Sequence record: PX441839.1
DNA from: a phage
Strand: one strand, 5' to 3'
Length of the DNA: 64,000 nucleotides
Positions 35,520 through 44,228 of this stretch are shown here, one piece after another; the stretch's first letter is position 1, and every line of letters starts with the position of its first letter. The position numbers and the translations under genes were made by a program. The notes under the pieces are model-generated. The model was not told where the DNA came from and made no database searches. It was given only the letters and a program-made list of their open reading frames with translations.

Positions 35520-37538
35520 TTAAAATTTAATTTTCAGTGTTCGGGTGAAAGAACCAGACACTTTCACAGTAACTTCGTTTCGCACGGTATCCGAGAAACC
35601 AATACCTGCCAACTGACGATCAGACTTGGCAACCTTCATCTTAGCTGCAAGGTGTTCAAACACCTTACCGTGATCTTTAGCCAAATCGTTACGAAGATAC
35701 TCATTATAGAATCCACGAGTACCCTCTGGATTGGCACAGCCCTCAAGGATGAAGAACATGTGCTTGTTTCCTACTCCTTGACCATCCCAATGGTTAGGAG
35801 AGTTCATCACCATAGAAACTTTCTGGAACTGCTCTGTGGCGATACCCCACACTTCCTTGGACTGCTTGGTGCTGCCAATGGAGTCAAGAACCTTGATCCC
35901 GTGGATTCGAGAATACTCGAACGACAACACCTTGACAGAACCTTTCTCACTTACAGCCTTGTCATAAACAAACTGTGTGGAGTTTCCACGGAAATCCAGT
36001 TCAACAACAAAACCTTCACGGTCACGAAGACGTTTGTTAAAGTTTTGAACCTCTACGCGATACACACCCTCAACCATACGGTTCATGTTAGGCCATGTAA
36101 TGTTCTCAACCGGATTGAAAGCATCAGATTCTCCGTATGCGTTCATATCGACATCCAGTTCAGCACCCGTGTTACCAAAACGGTTGCCAAAGTACACACG
36201 ATTCCCGTTAGGTTCAATCAGGTACAGGTCAAGGTCATCTGGGTTAAACCACGACAGAGATACACGCAGTTCACCAGAAACACTACCACCCGCCGCCTTT
36301 ACACGTTCCTTGATAGAGTCTGTAACTTCACCATTGTATGACCAAGAGAAGTTGTTATCCCATTTCAGCATATTAGGTGCATCTGGGTATACAGGTGCCA
36401 CTAACGTCATCAGATTTGGAACATGACGGTTTTCTACCAGAACTTCCAGAGCCTCTGCTTTAGGCAGGACGTTGGAAATAAAGTCTGCAATGCTGATCTC
36501 TTCTGCCTTGGCAGGTCCAGCCTTGGGCTTCTTAGCCGTGGCTAACAGGTCATCAAATGCATTCATCGCCTTCTTAGCTGAACGATCTGCAAACAGAACG
36601 TTATTGATAGTCAGGTCTTCTGCAACAGCATATCGACGAGGCAGTGAATCCATCATGCCCAACTCTTCAACTTTTTCCTGAGCCTTCTTGATCATGGCTT
36701 CTGTAACCAGCGCTGTCGGACGCTTATAGTTTGCCGGGGCCATTACATTTTCCCAACGCTTAACCGCAGTTTCCAGATCCATGCCGTCAGAAAGATCTTG
36801 CAGCAGTGTACCTACCGCAGTGTTTCGGAACTTACCGAAAGCACCAAGTTCTTTACTCTTGGTCCATAAGAACGCATCACGGGACTCATCATTGTCGATA
36901 TTATCAAACTCACGTTTGATTGCAACAAACTTCTCCAGTGTACCTTTGGCTTCATTGCCACGATACAGGGAGTTCTGAGCAATTAGTTCTAAAGCGGTTT
37001 CAGCAGAATCTGTGGTCAGTTCTTTCAGAGAACGTTCCAGAACTTGCTTGTTTCCACGGCTATCGTTTAACTTGGTCGGGATCTTGTCACCTCGCTCAAC
37101 GTACTGGGACGGGAGAACCGCATGGAAGTGATTGAAGATGATAGTCTTCTCGTCACCAGCGCCTAAAATAACAGACCGCTCAGTACCAACCTTCGCCTGG
37201 AAGTGCAGAAACTCGTCAGTTACCTTTGCAGACTTAATAACATCCGCCATGGTATCAACCACCACCTGGTAGTAGCTTGGTACGGAGATGTCCCAAATAG
37301 TTACCATCTTGCCATCAACGAAAGTTACAACTCGACCAAGGTCACGAATAAACTGCTTGCAGCAGTTGCAATCATATTCACGTCGCTCTTTGTAGATCAG
37401 GTTGGTTCCTTCTGGGAAAGAATCCAGGTAGGTGTTCCAAACAAGATCCTTATCCAAGGCCACCTCAAACAGGCCCGTCTTAGCCATCTTGGAAAGTTGT
37501 TTCTGCATTGCTGTTACAAAACCGTGGAAGTTGCTCAT
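35520..37538 (-). CDS. large hypothetical protein (672 aa)
   Basis: Long uninterrupted ORF with RBS; N-terminal Cys cluster (YDCNCCKQF); no family recognised. Confidence 0.6.
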   Translation of the reverse strand: MSNFHGFVTAMQKQLSKMAKTGLFEVALDKDLVWNTYLDSFPEGTNLIYKERREYDCNCCKQFIRDLGRVVTFVDGKMVTIWDISVPSYYQVVVDTMADVIKSAKVTDEFLHFQAKVGTERSVILGAGDEKTIIFNHFHAVLPSQYVERGDKIPTKLNDSRGNKQVLERSLKELTTDSAETALELIAQNSLYRGNEAKGTLEKFVAIKREFDNIDNDESRDAFLWTKSKELGAFGKFRNTAVGTLLQDLSDGMDLETAVKRWENVMAPANYKRPTALVTEAMIKKAQEKVEELGMMDSLPRRYAVAEDLTINNVLFADRSAKKAMNAFDDLLATAKKPKAGPAKAEEISIADFISNVLPKAEALEVLVENRHVPNLMTLVAPVYPDAPNMLKWDNNFSWSYNGEVTDSIKERVKAAGGSVSGELRVSLSWFNPDDLDLYLIEPNGNRVYFGNRFGNTGAELDVDMNAYGESDAFNPVENITWPNMNRMVEGVYRVEVQNFNKRLRDREGFVVELDFRGNSTQFVYDKAVSEKGSVKVLSFEYSRIHGIKVLDSIGSTKQSKEVWGIATEQFQKVSMVMNSPNHWDGQGVGNKHMFFILEGCANPEGTRGFYNEYLRNDLAKDHGKVFEHLAAKMKVAKSDRQLAGIGFSDTVRNEVTVKVSGSFTRTLKIKF

Positions 37539-37568
37539 GTATATCTCCTTTGTAATTGGTTTCAGGTA

Positions 37569-37883
37569 TTACTTAATTGTGATAAAGTTTACTTTATTTT
37601 CTGCCAGGATGTCAATACGTAATTGACGTTCATTTTCACGATAGTCGTCTATAATCTTATCCAACCTCTCTTTTTCCTCCTCATATTTTTCAGGAGGAAG
37701 TACACGGATTATGCTTTCAGCACGGTAATAGCTGTAATCATTTACCTTTACTGACCCATCCCCTTGAAGAAATCCCTTGCTGACCCTGTATTTTGGAAAA
37801 AGGTCATACTTAACAATCGCCGTAACTGGCATTCCAAGTTCCCCCATCTTACACCACCTTTCTCTCCATATAAGCTTTAGCAA
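37569..37883 (-). CDS. hypothetical protein
   Basis: 104-aa ORF. Confidence 0.45.
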   Translation of the reverse strand: MLKLIWRERWCKMGELGMPVTAIVKYDLFPKYRVSKGFLQGDGSVKVNDYSYYRAESIIRVLPPEKYEEEKERLDKIIDDYRENERQLRIDILAENKVNFITIK

Positions 37884-38088
37884 CTTGAATCCCTAATCGC
37901 TCCTGCGGGGTAGCTTCTTTGAAGCCTTCCCCCATCATTTTACGAAGTTGATACTGAGTCATTGCAGATTTAATGGTCTCTTCGTAACACTCGATTTCAA
38001 CTGTAAACTTGACGATTTTCTTATCAGTCATGTTGGCCCCCTTTGTGCTTCGATGGGTGTATATTACCAGCTTTGATCTTGAAGTCAA
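37849..38088 (-). CDS. hypothetical protein
   Basis: 79-aa ORF. Confidence 0.45.
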   Translation of the reverse strand: MTSRSKLVIYTHRSTKGANMTDKKIVKFTVEIECYEETIKSAMTQYQLRKMMGEGFKEATPQERLGIQVAKAYMERKVV

Positions 38089-38102
38089 CAGTTTTATGCA
38101 AT

Positions 38103-38128
38103 AAAAAACCGCCCCGAAGGGCGGTTTT
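38103..38128 (-). terminator. rho-independent terminator (end of the leader-family cassette)
   Basis: AAAAAACCGCCC-cgaa-GGGCGGTTTT; on the minus strand the hairpin is followed by a T-run directly after the stop of the 38131 gene. Confidence 0.65.
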
Positions 38129-38130
38129 AA

Positions 38131-39258
38131 TTAATCTACACTTGCACTTATTTCAGTCGCAAGTCTAAAGCTCCCTTCGACCAAGCCAGGGATCTCCTCA
38201 ACATTGTTAATTACAACATTTGACACTCTGACAGGAGGAGAACTCGGCAGGTAATCCTCCACCTTGCTTGCCACAACATCACCGTTTGTGTTTTTGACCA
38301 CCAGTTTCGAGGCAGATCTTGATGTAGTGGTTGGAGCCTTTGTGTACGTTGTAACCTGAACAGCTTTTATCTGTTGACCACCTGGTGCTCTCCAGCTTGG
38401 GGACAGGGCTACAATTGGTGCCTTCCCTACAGTTTCAGATGCCAATGAATTCACAGCAGGGGAGTTCATAGCCCTCCCCATTGTATTTGAACCCCCATAG
38501 ACGATATCTGAAATTGTTTGTGTCGTTCCTCCAGAGAAGCTACCTATGTCAGTGACACTTTGTGTTGTTCTTGTTATTTGGGGTTCACCCAAGAACTCAA
38601 AATTCCCTTCTTCATTGTATGCAGTATACATCCTTCCAAACATTAGTGGGTTAACAGTGTCGCCAAAGGCAACTCCATCGTACAAAGCACCAGAGAACCC
38701 TATGAAAAGTCCAGTCCCAACTGGCATACGCTCTGCGAAAGTGTAAGGACCAAGCGGCCCTGCCGGGGCATCTCCGTTGAGTGAGTTCCATGTCTCAAAG
38801 CTATCTTCACTGACCTTTCTTATACACACCTCCATGTAGTTATAACCAGGGGTGTACGATGATCGCATCAGGACTGTAGATGGGTCAACCCCATTGAACT
38901 GGTTTGTAAGTATCCCCGTCCGGAGGAATCCTCTATTAAAGGGGAAGAATACCCGATACCCGAAGGTAAAGGTGGCATTCACTGGAGCTTCAAGAAGTAT
39001 CTTCCTGACATCTATGGTGAACCCACCATAATCTCCAGTGGAGCTTGTAAACCTGATTGCGAACACGGGGGATGATCCTCCACTCTGGGAGGCGGTCATA
39101 AGGGACCCCGGCAAGGTAGGTGATTTTATCATAGATATTGACACACCGAGCTTTTTTGACAGGTACTCCTCAAGACCCTTTTCATAATCGTTGCTGGAAT
39201 TATATGCGAATGGTGTCATATCCAAAAAATCTGTAAATCCGAGTATTGCCATAATCAC
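38131..39258 (-). CDS. paralog family protein, copy 3 (375 aa)
   Basis: Shares N-terminus (MIMAILGF) and internal motifs (YMEVCIRKVS; AYNEEGNFEFLG) with the 39449 and 40752 genes. Confidence 0.6.
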   Translation of the reverse strand: MIMAILGFTDFLDMTPFAYNSSNDYEKGLEEYLSKKLGVSISMIKSPTLPGSLMTASQSGGSSPVFAIRFTSSTGDYGGFTIDVRKILLEAPVNATFTFGYRVFFPFNRGFLRTGILTNQFNGVDPSTVLMRSSYTPGYNYMEVCIRKVSEDSFETWNSLNGDAPAGPLGPYTFAERMPVGTGLFIGFSGALYDGVAFGDTVNPLMFGRMYTAYNEEGNFEFLGEPQITRTTQSVTDIGSFSGGTTQTISDIVYGGSNTMGRAMNSPAVNSLASETVGKAPIVALSPSWRAPGGQQIKAVQVTTYTKAPTTTSRSASKLVVKNTNGDVVASKVEDYLPSSPPVRVSNVVINNVEEIPGLVEGSFRLATEISASVD

Positions 39259-39452
39259 TCCTTAATTGGTGATGTTAAGACTTCTGTTACCACGAGTAGC
39301 GTGTTCTGTGCCAACTCAGGTTGAAGGAGAACCTCTGTGACCACAATGCCGACATTGGCAGAAAATTGTGGTGTAATAAGAACCTCTGTTGTCACTAAAT
39401 AGACGTTGGAAAACATTGCCTGTTCCCCAACGGCGGTCATGATTTCAATCAT
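39255..39452 (-). CDS. leader microprotein with 3 x 17-aa tandem repeats (VVTEVL type)
   Basis: MIEIMTAVG leader, then three 17-aa units with core V(V/T)TEVL; stop overlaps the start of the 38131 gene (ATGA). Confidence 0.55.
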   Translation of the reverse strand: MIEIMTAVGEQAMFSNVYLVTTEVLITPQFSANVGIVVTEVLLQPELAQNTLLVVTEVLTSPIKE

Positions 39453-40525
39453 ACATCCACAACCCTCTCGCTGGAAGCAACGAACGAAAGACCTGCCAAC
39501 TGGTCCCTTCCTGAAAGTGGAATAGTCACCTTGCTAACCCCACGGGCGTAATCTTGACTATCGTTCTTTATGCTTTTCGATTTCAAAAGCTCACCATCAG
39601 AACTTACTATCTGAGATGTGATATCCACAGACTTGCCTTGTACACTTGATCTTCCAACTAGTGTAGAGCTAACCGCAGCAATCTTCACAGAAGGGTCAAG
39701 AGTTGAAAGATTAGCTTTTGCCACTGCTGGGTTTACTAGGGTTGTTGGACCCAGCAATCCTCCCAAGTGATTATAGTTTAATCTGTTGGTAAGTGTTGCC
39801 TCCCCGTTTGGGTTATCACCTCCAGATACCAGTGTGTTTGGTAATGTTCTTACCGAGCAAGTTCCCAAACGCTCCTCAAGACCTTCCTTGTTGAATGCCC
39901 AATATTGGTCCATAAATGTTACCTCCACTTGAGTGGTTGGTAACTTATTGGTGGTAAGAGGGGACCAATTATACCCAGTGCCTATTACCATTTGCTGGGG
40001 AAGAGAGTTTACAGAATCGTTTTGCAAGACAGTGCCGTCAACCCAAGCCCTTAGTCGATATGAGGTTGCAGAAACTTTACTTACTTCAAGCTCCACGTAC
40101 ACTGATCTTTCTGATCCCGAGTACCTCTGCATAGGGTAATCCAAAACTGCTGCCAAAGATCCAGAGGTAAACCCTCCCAACCTTAGGTCTGCGGTCATAT
40201 ATTCTTGGGGGATGATTACTCGGCTTCCGACCGTAAGGGTATCGCCAACATCCACAATCCAAGGCCCAATCGACGTCACAGTTGCTGCGTATGATGTCAT
40301 CGTCGGAAAGAATGACACCTTATTTTGACCAACGGTTCCGTACATGGTGCCGGATGAAATGTAGTAATCGAATCTACCTCCGTTTGAACCCACAGGGGTT
40401 TTTGGAATACAAGCGGCATTTAATGTTTGTAGCAGCAGGAGCGCATCGTTACCTTGTATTTGCCCCTTGTTAGGGAATTCCCTGAGGGAACCGAACCCAT
40501 TGATGTGAAAAATCATACAACTCAC
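39449..40525 (-). CDS. paralog family protein, copy 2 (358 aa)
   Basis: MSCMIFHINGF; DVGDTLTVG; YVELEVSKVS; RAWVDG; FMDQYWAFNKEGLEERLG; homologous to the 40752 gene. Confidence 0.6.
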   Translation of the reverse strand: MSCMIFHINGFGSLREFPNKGQIQGNDALLLLQTLNAACIPKTPVGSNGGRFDYYISSGTMYGTVGQNKVSFFPTMTSYAATVTSIGPWIVDVGDTLTVGSRVIIPQEYMTADLRLGGFTSGSLAAVLDYPMQRYSGSERSVYVELEVSKVSATSYRLRAWVDGTVLQNDSVNSLPQQMVIGTGYNWSPLTTNKLPTTQVEVTFMDQYWAFNKEGLEERLGTCSVRTLPNTLVSGGDNPNGEATLTNRLNYNHLGGLLGPTTLVNPAVAKANLSTLDPSVKIAAVSSTLVGRSSVQGKSVDITSQIVSSDGELLKSKSIKNDSQDYARGVSKVTIPLSGRDQLAGLSFVASSERVVDV

Positions 40526-40713
40526 CCCACAGTATAAAGATATTCTTGAACAAAAGCCGCTGAGTTAATCTCTGACGGGACATAATACAGATATTCTTGA
40601 ACAAAAGCAACAGTATCTGTATTTGTTGGGGAGTAGTACAGGTACTCCTGAACAAAAGTCACAATCTCAGGATTAATGGCTCCACTTCCAGAGGCTGTCA
40701 TCATCTCCAACAT
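40522..40713 (-). CDS. leader microprotein with 3 x 17-aa tandem repeats (FVQEYLY type)
   Basis: MLEMMTASG leader, then (V/A)(T/A)FVQEYLY x3 at 51-nt period; GAGGTAA RBS; stop overlaps the 39449 gene start. Confidence 0.55.
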   Translation of the reverse strand: MLEMMTASGSGAINPEIVTFVQEYLYYSPTNTDTVAFVQEYLYYVPSEINSAAFVQEYLYTVG

Positions 40714-40719
40714 AGCATT

Positions 40720-40745
40720 ACCTCAATAAGACGCCCCGAAGGGCG
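40720..40745 (-). terminator. intra-cassette hairpin (possible attenuator)
   Basis: ACGCCC-cgaa-GGGCGT hairpin between the 40752 gene stop and the 40713 start. Confidence 0.4.
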
Positions 40746-40751
40746 TGTGAC

Positions 40752-41804
40752 TTAAACATTCGGTTCTTTTTCCCTTGAAGATACGAAACTGTAGTTTGTA
40801 AGTTCAGACATTGGTTTATCACTCACATCCAAAACTGTTTCACAGAAACCTCCACGATAATCAGGGGTTACAGATTCCTTTGTGGTTGAGGATACTACCT
40901 TTCCAGTGTGATCCAGAATCTGACTGGTCACCGGAGCAGGAACTCCCGTTACCGACGACTTACCTACAGTTGTCATCTTAAAAGCCTTAATCCTTAGGTT
41001 AGGGTTCGGGCTTGGCATATTCACCTTTTGTACCATAGGGTCGCGAAGGGTTATCGGGTCCTGAGACCCTTTCGAGAGATCCCAATTAACCCTTGCGGTC
41101 CCCCAAGTGGACCCACCAGGGTTTTCACTTCCTGCCGTTAATGTTCTTGGGACTTGGGTCACGGTTGCTCTCCCAATTCTCTCATCCCTTCCCTCAGTAT
41201 TAAATGCAAAATAGATATCTTGGAAATAAAAACTCCCCGCTGGGTTGGTGTTGGATTTCCAAAGAACACTTGTTCCAATAGCACCATAGTTGAACAGTTC
41301 CGACCCTTGACCCGCTTTCCTCAAAAGACCGTTTACCCACATCTCGTAAGTGTATGGGTAATCAGGATGATCTGTTTTTCTAACTACCATCTCCACATAC
41401 GGATTAGCTGTCCTATCTGTGTGGTCACAAACCATGGTTAATGACGACAGATACCCATTTGAAAATCCACCAACCGCAGGTAATGAATTTGCGTGAGTAG
41501 ATGTCATACCCAATCCACAACCAACCGTCAAAGCGTCCCCAACATCAATAATTATGGATGGGAGGTGAATATTCAAACATCCGATCCCTGATGGACCCAA
41601 TACGTTCATTGACAACCTGTTGGTCCCAGGTAAAGATAGATTAGGGCTAGAACTCTGGTATGCATAATTTGCAAAAGTTGCACCTTGCTTTGGGCTTTGT
41701 GGGTGCCCGTACCGCAGAGAAGTTAAAACGGTTTGGATATCGTTAGTGCTTACCAAGTTAGTTAATGGCTCCCACACAGAAAACCCCTGAATTCCGATAA
41801 TCAT
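40752..41804 (-). CDS. paralog family protein, copy 1 (350 aa)
   Basis: MIIGIQGF; DVGDALTVG; YVEMVVRKT; MWVNG; FQDIYFAFNTEGRDERIG. Confidence 0.6.
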   Translation of the reverse strand: MIIGIQGFSVWEPLTNLVSTNDIQTVLTSLRYGHPQSPKQGATFANYAYQSSSPNLSLPGTNRLSMNVLGPSGIGCLNIHLPSIIIDVGDALTVGCGLGMTSTHANSLPAVGGFSNGYLSSLTMVCDHTDRTANPYVEMVVRKTDHPDYPYTYEMWVNGLLRKAGQGSELFNYGAIGTSVLWKSNTNPAGSFYFQDIYFAFNTEGRDERIGRATVTQVPRTLTAGSENPGGSTWGTARVNWDLSKGSQDPITLRDPMVQKVNMPSPNPNLRIKAFKMTTVGKSSVTGVPAPVTSQILDHTGKVVSSTTKESVTPDYRGGFCETVLDVSDKPMSELTNYSFVSSREKEPNV

Positions 41805-42001
41805 ACACTTTCCTCTATAACGTATAAATATTCCGGCATTAAACCTATCGTACTTACATCGGGAATGATGGAGTACAAGTATTCCGGCATAATGCCTATA
41901 AGATTTACCTCTGGGGCCAGAATATAAAGATATTCCGGCATAAGACCTATGACCTCAACTGGGGCCTTTCTTACCCCTGATGCCGTCATCAATTCTATCA
42001 T
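41801..42001 (-). CDS. leader microprotein with 3 x 17-aa tandem repeats (MPEYLY type)
   Basis: MIELMTASG leader, then IG(L/I)MPEYLY x3; stop overlaps the 40752 gene start (ATGA). Confidence 0.55.
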   Translation of the reverse strand: MIELMTASGVRKAPVEVIGLMPEYLYILAPEVNLIGIMPEYLYSIIPDVSTIGLMPEYLYVIEESV

Positions 42002-42013
42002 ACATACCCCCGA

Positions 42014-42850
42014 TTACACTTTTCTTGCATTGCTGGGAAATTCTCGTTTCTCCGTATCACCCCATATGATCCTTACAGCAGATGCACCTGGGGCATTTGA
42101 AGATCCGTGTCCAGACCCACCTCCGAAGTTTCCTCCTCGTCTACCACTCTGGTCTTCGCCTCCAGACCCACCTCTTGCACTTGTGGGGATTTGACCACCC
42201 CTGCCCCCTGCACCATTGACACCTACTCCGTAAATACCCACTCCACCACCGCCACCTGAGTTTTCACCAGATGACCCTGAGAAGTAATATCCTACAGATC
42301 CTCCACCCCCACCACCTTCCCCGCTACCTCCAGCGGAGTAATTTGTAGAAGGGGGGTATGCATTACCTCCGTCCCCTCCCTTTCCTATATACCCTGCTGC
42401 ACCTCCAGCGCCAGCACATCTTTTCCTGTCATTGGCGGAGGAGTTACTCCCTCCAGCACCACCTTTGTTTATTACCGCACCACCCATATCAGGATACGAT
42501 CCTGTGTAAGGTTCCGGTCCAGAACCAAACCCTGCGACAACCAGCGGAGTTCCATCCCGAAAAAGTCCAACAACAGTTGTCCCATCATCGCTGCCTCTTG
42601 TGTGGACCTGTAGAGTCTCCCCAGGTAGCACAGGTATGTGGTTTCTCCATACTAGGTCTCCCCCAGCACCACCTCTACGTGGGAGAGGATCTGTTTGAGG
42701 CATCCCTCCTTGACCGACACACACTACGCTAATATCTTCCACATTGTTTGGAACAACCCACAACTTAGGTGCAGTAGTGAGGGAAGTGTACTCCACATTC
42801 CCTAGTTTAACTGGAGCTTTAGTTTTTACCGTCGCTGTCATTAATTCTAA
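42014..42850 (-). CDS. Gly-rich protein with the shared N-terminal leader
   Basis: Start at internal ATG (MLELMTATVKTKAPV) with AAGAGGAAA RBS; C-terminal 60% is poly-Gly-rich (GGAGGSNSS...GGSGEGGGGGGSVGYYFSGSSGENSGGGGGVGIYG...). Confidence 0.55.
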   Translation of the reverse strand, partial: LELMTATVKTKAPVKLGNVEYTSLTTAPKLWVVPNNVEDISVVCVGQGGMPQTDPLPRRGGAGGDLVWRNHIPVLPGETLQVHTRGSDDGTTVVGLFRDGTPLVVAGFGSGPEPYTGSYPDMGGAVINKGGAGGSNSSANDRKRCAGAGGAAGYIGKGGDGGNAYPPSTNYSAGGSGEGGGGGGSVGYYFSGSSGENSGGGGGVGIYGVGVNGAGGRGGQIPTSARGGSGGEDQSGRRGGNFGGGSGHGSSNAPGASAVRIIWGDTEKREFPSNARKV

Positions 42851-43269
42851 CATAACTTTCCTCTTTAAGATACTAATTCTAGAACGGGTCTCCATCCAAG
42901 ATCGGTATTAGCTGTACCGTTAATCTTCCCACCGAAGATATTCCCAGTAGACTAGGAGATACCTCTGCGTGGAACATGTTATTTTGGTACATTGTGAATT
43001 CAGTCGATAGTGAGTACCTGCCGTAAATTGGAGGGTTAAAGTCCGTAGTTGGCAAAGTCAGAAGTGTCATAAGTACCTCTCTAAAATTCAATGCAATTGG
43101 ATCGCTGTTTATAAAACCATAAAGTCTTCCTTCCAAATTACCACAATTTCAAGCATTATTTACCCTCTGTGTTGCATGGAAGGATCTTTATTGATCCTCG
43201 ACGTACCGCAGGATTCTTATCACTCCTTGCACACTGTTGTCGGGTACTGGTGAGTATAGCCTAGGTATC

Positions 43270-43806
43270 TCAAGTATATATAAACTCCCCTGTAAAGTTT
43301 ACATCCGTGTATATTCCACGAAACGGAGATACAATCTTCATCAACCCGCTTACAGGGTCTAAGTACACAAAATTAGTAACCGTATATCCTAAGTAACTGG
43401 AGTAAGAGTTACTGGTGTGGTTATTCCTTGAAACCGAAATATATTGATTATAAGTAACAGTTACTGTTTTCGTTATAAGGACGGTAGAATTAGTCCGCAG
43501 CAGGGCTTGGTACGTACCATACGAAGGTGAGGCATGTTGCGCTACCAGATACCACCAAGAGTCGTAAGTTACCGAAGTTCCGTATGGGCTTCCCCACATC
43601 CTCCCGTCTGTTGAGTACACTTTCCCGACATCATACGCCATAGTTTGGGCCGGAGCAGTGACCTCGGGTATCCAAGACCCTGCCGCCTGATTGTCAGGGA
43701 TACGGAGTATTCCCCTTTGTTGGTCTAGCCATTTTAGAAACACAGGATAGGTCATGGGGCCCTCGATTGGGGCGGATGCCCCTGATACCGACAGTAACTC
43801 AAGCAT
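43270..43806 (-). CDS. hypothetical protein with the shared N-terminal leader
   Basis: Start at internal ATG (MLELLSVSGASAP) with GGAGAG RBS; the longer track ORF would run through the upstream terminator. Confidence 0.5.
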   Translation of the reverse strand: MLELLSVSGASAPIEGPMTYPVFLKWLDQQRGILRIPDNQAAGSWIPEVTAPAQTMAYDVGKVYSTDGRMWGSPYGTSVTYDSWWYLVAQHASPSYGTYQALLRTNSTVLITKTVTVTYNQYISVSRNNHTSNSYSSYLGYTVTNFVYLDPVSGLMKIVSPFRGIYTDVNFTGEFIYT

Positions 43807-43824
43807 AAATCTCTCCAATATTTG

Positions 43825-43847
43825 AAAGGGGCCGAAGCCCCTTTTTT
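43825..43847. terminator. bidirectional terminator hairpin
   Basis: AAA-GGGGC-cgaa-GCCCC-TTTTTT between the DNA polymerase exon 2 and the leader cassette. Confidence 0.6.
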
Positions 43848-43862
43848 CTTTGTACAGAGGGT

Positions 43863-43895
43863 ATTTTAACACGGACGCTTTGAATTATCCACAAG
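43863..43895 (-). promoter_or_regulatory. putative extended -10 promoter (TGtTAAAAT) for the leader cassette
   Basis: Minus-strand TGTTAAAAT just upstream of the terminator hairpin and the 43806 gene; -35 is weak. Confidence 0.3.
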
Positions 43896-43928
43896 GTATA
43901 AAACCACCCCATAGAACAAGCGCATAAC

Positions 43929-44228
43929 TCAGTGACATTGCCCCCAATTAAGTCCTGTCAGATACTCACCTGTGATATGTACAGGTGCCTTCATCATCTT
44001 AGCTGCTTGTTCAACGCAACGAACAACCATTTCACCGACAGGGCAGTAGATGATAGTGAATATTCCATTCTCATCGGGGTCGCACTTAAACTTACCTTCC
44101 TTGACACAATGACCATCCAGAACCATACGCTTCTTGAGGCAATCCTCAACAAAAGCTTTTGCTTCGACTTCATTGTCAAACTTCCATTCCTTCTTGAACT
44201 TATTTGGAACTTCAAGCTGGTATTCATC
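43929..44228 (-). CDS. DNA polymerase family A, exon 2 (C-terminal end)
   Basis: Begins at DEYQLEVP (second half of the Pol A motif C, HDE...E.P) and ends ...TGLNWGQCH, like the Pol I C-terminus; the leading Met of the track ORF is probably intron-derived. Confidence 0.6.
   Translation of the reverse strand, partial: DEYQLEVPNKFKKEWKFDNEVEAKAFVEDCLKKRMVLDGHCVKEGKFKCDPDENGIFTIIYCPVGEMVVRCVEQAAKMMKAPVHITGEYLTGLNWGQCH

Noticed and set aside
35652-36341. Plus-strand ORFs within the minus-strand block (for example 35652..36341, 46445..47062, 49355..49975, 29465..30061)
   Set aside because: They lie opposite to a continuous, tightly coupled minus-strand gene array, lack RBSs, and overlap better-supported genes.
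39255-42001. CRISPR array or non-coding regulatory iterons as the explanation for the 51-nt tandem repeats
   Set aside because: The repeats are in-frame with a start codon and RBS and are conserved at the amino-acid level with synonymous changes. There are only three units per locus, no spacer/repeat alternation, and no cas genes.
38131-43806. Diversity-generating retroelement acting on the paralog array
   Set aside because: No reverse transcriptase gene and no template/variable repeat pair with adenine-specific differences was seen in the window.
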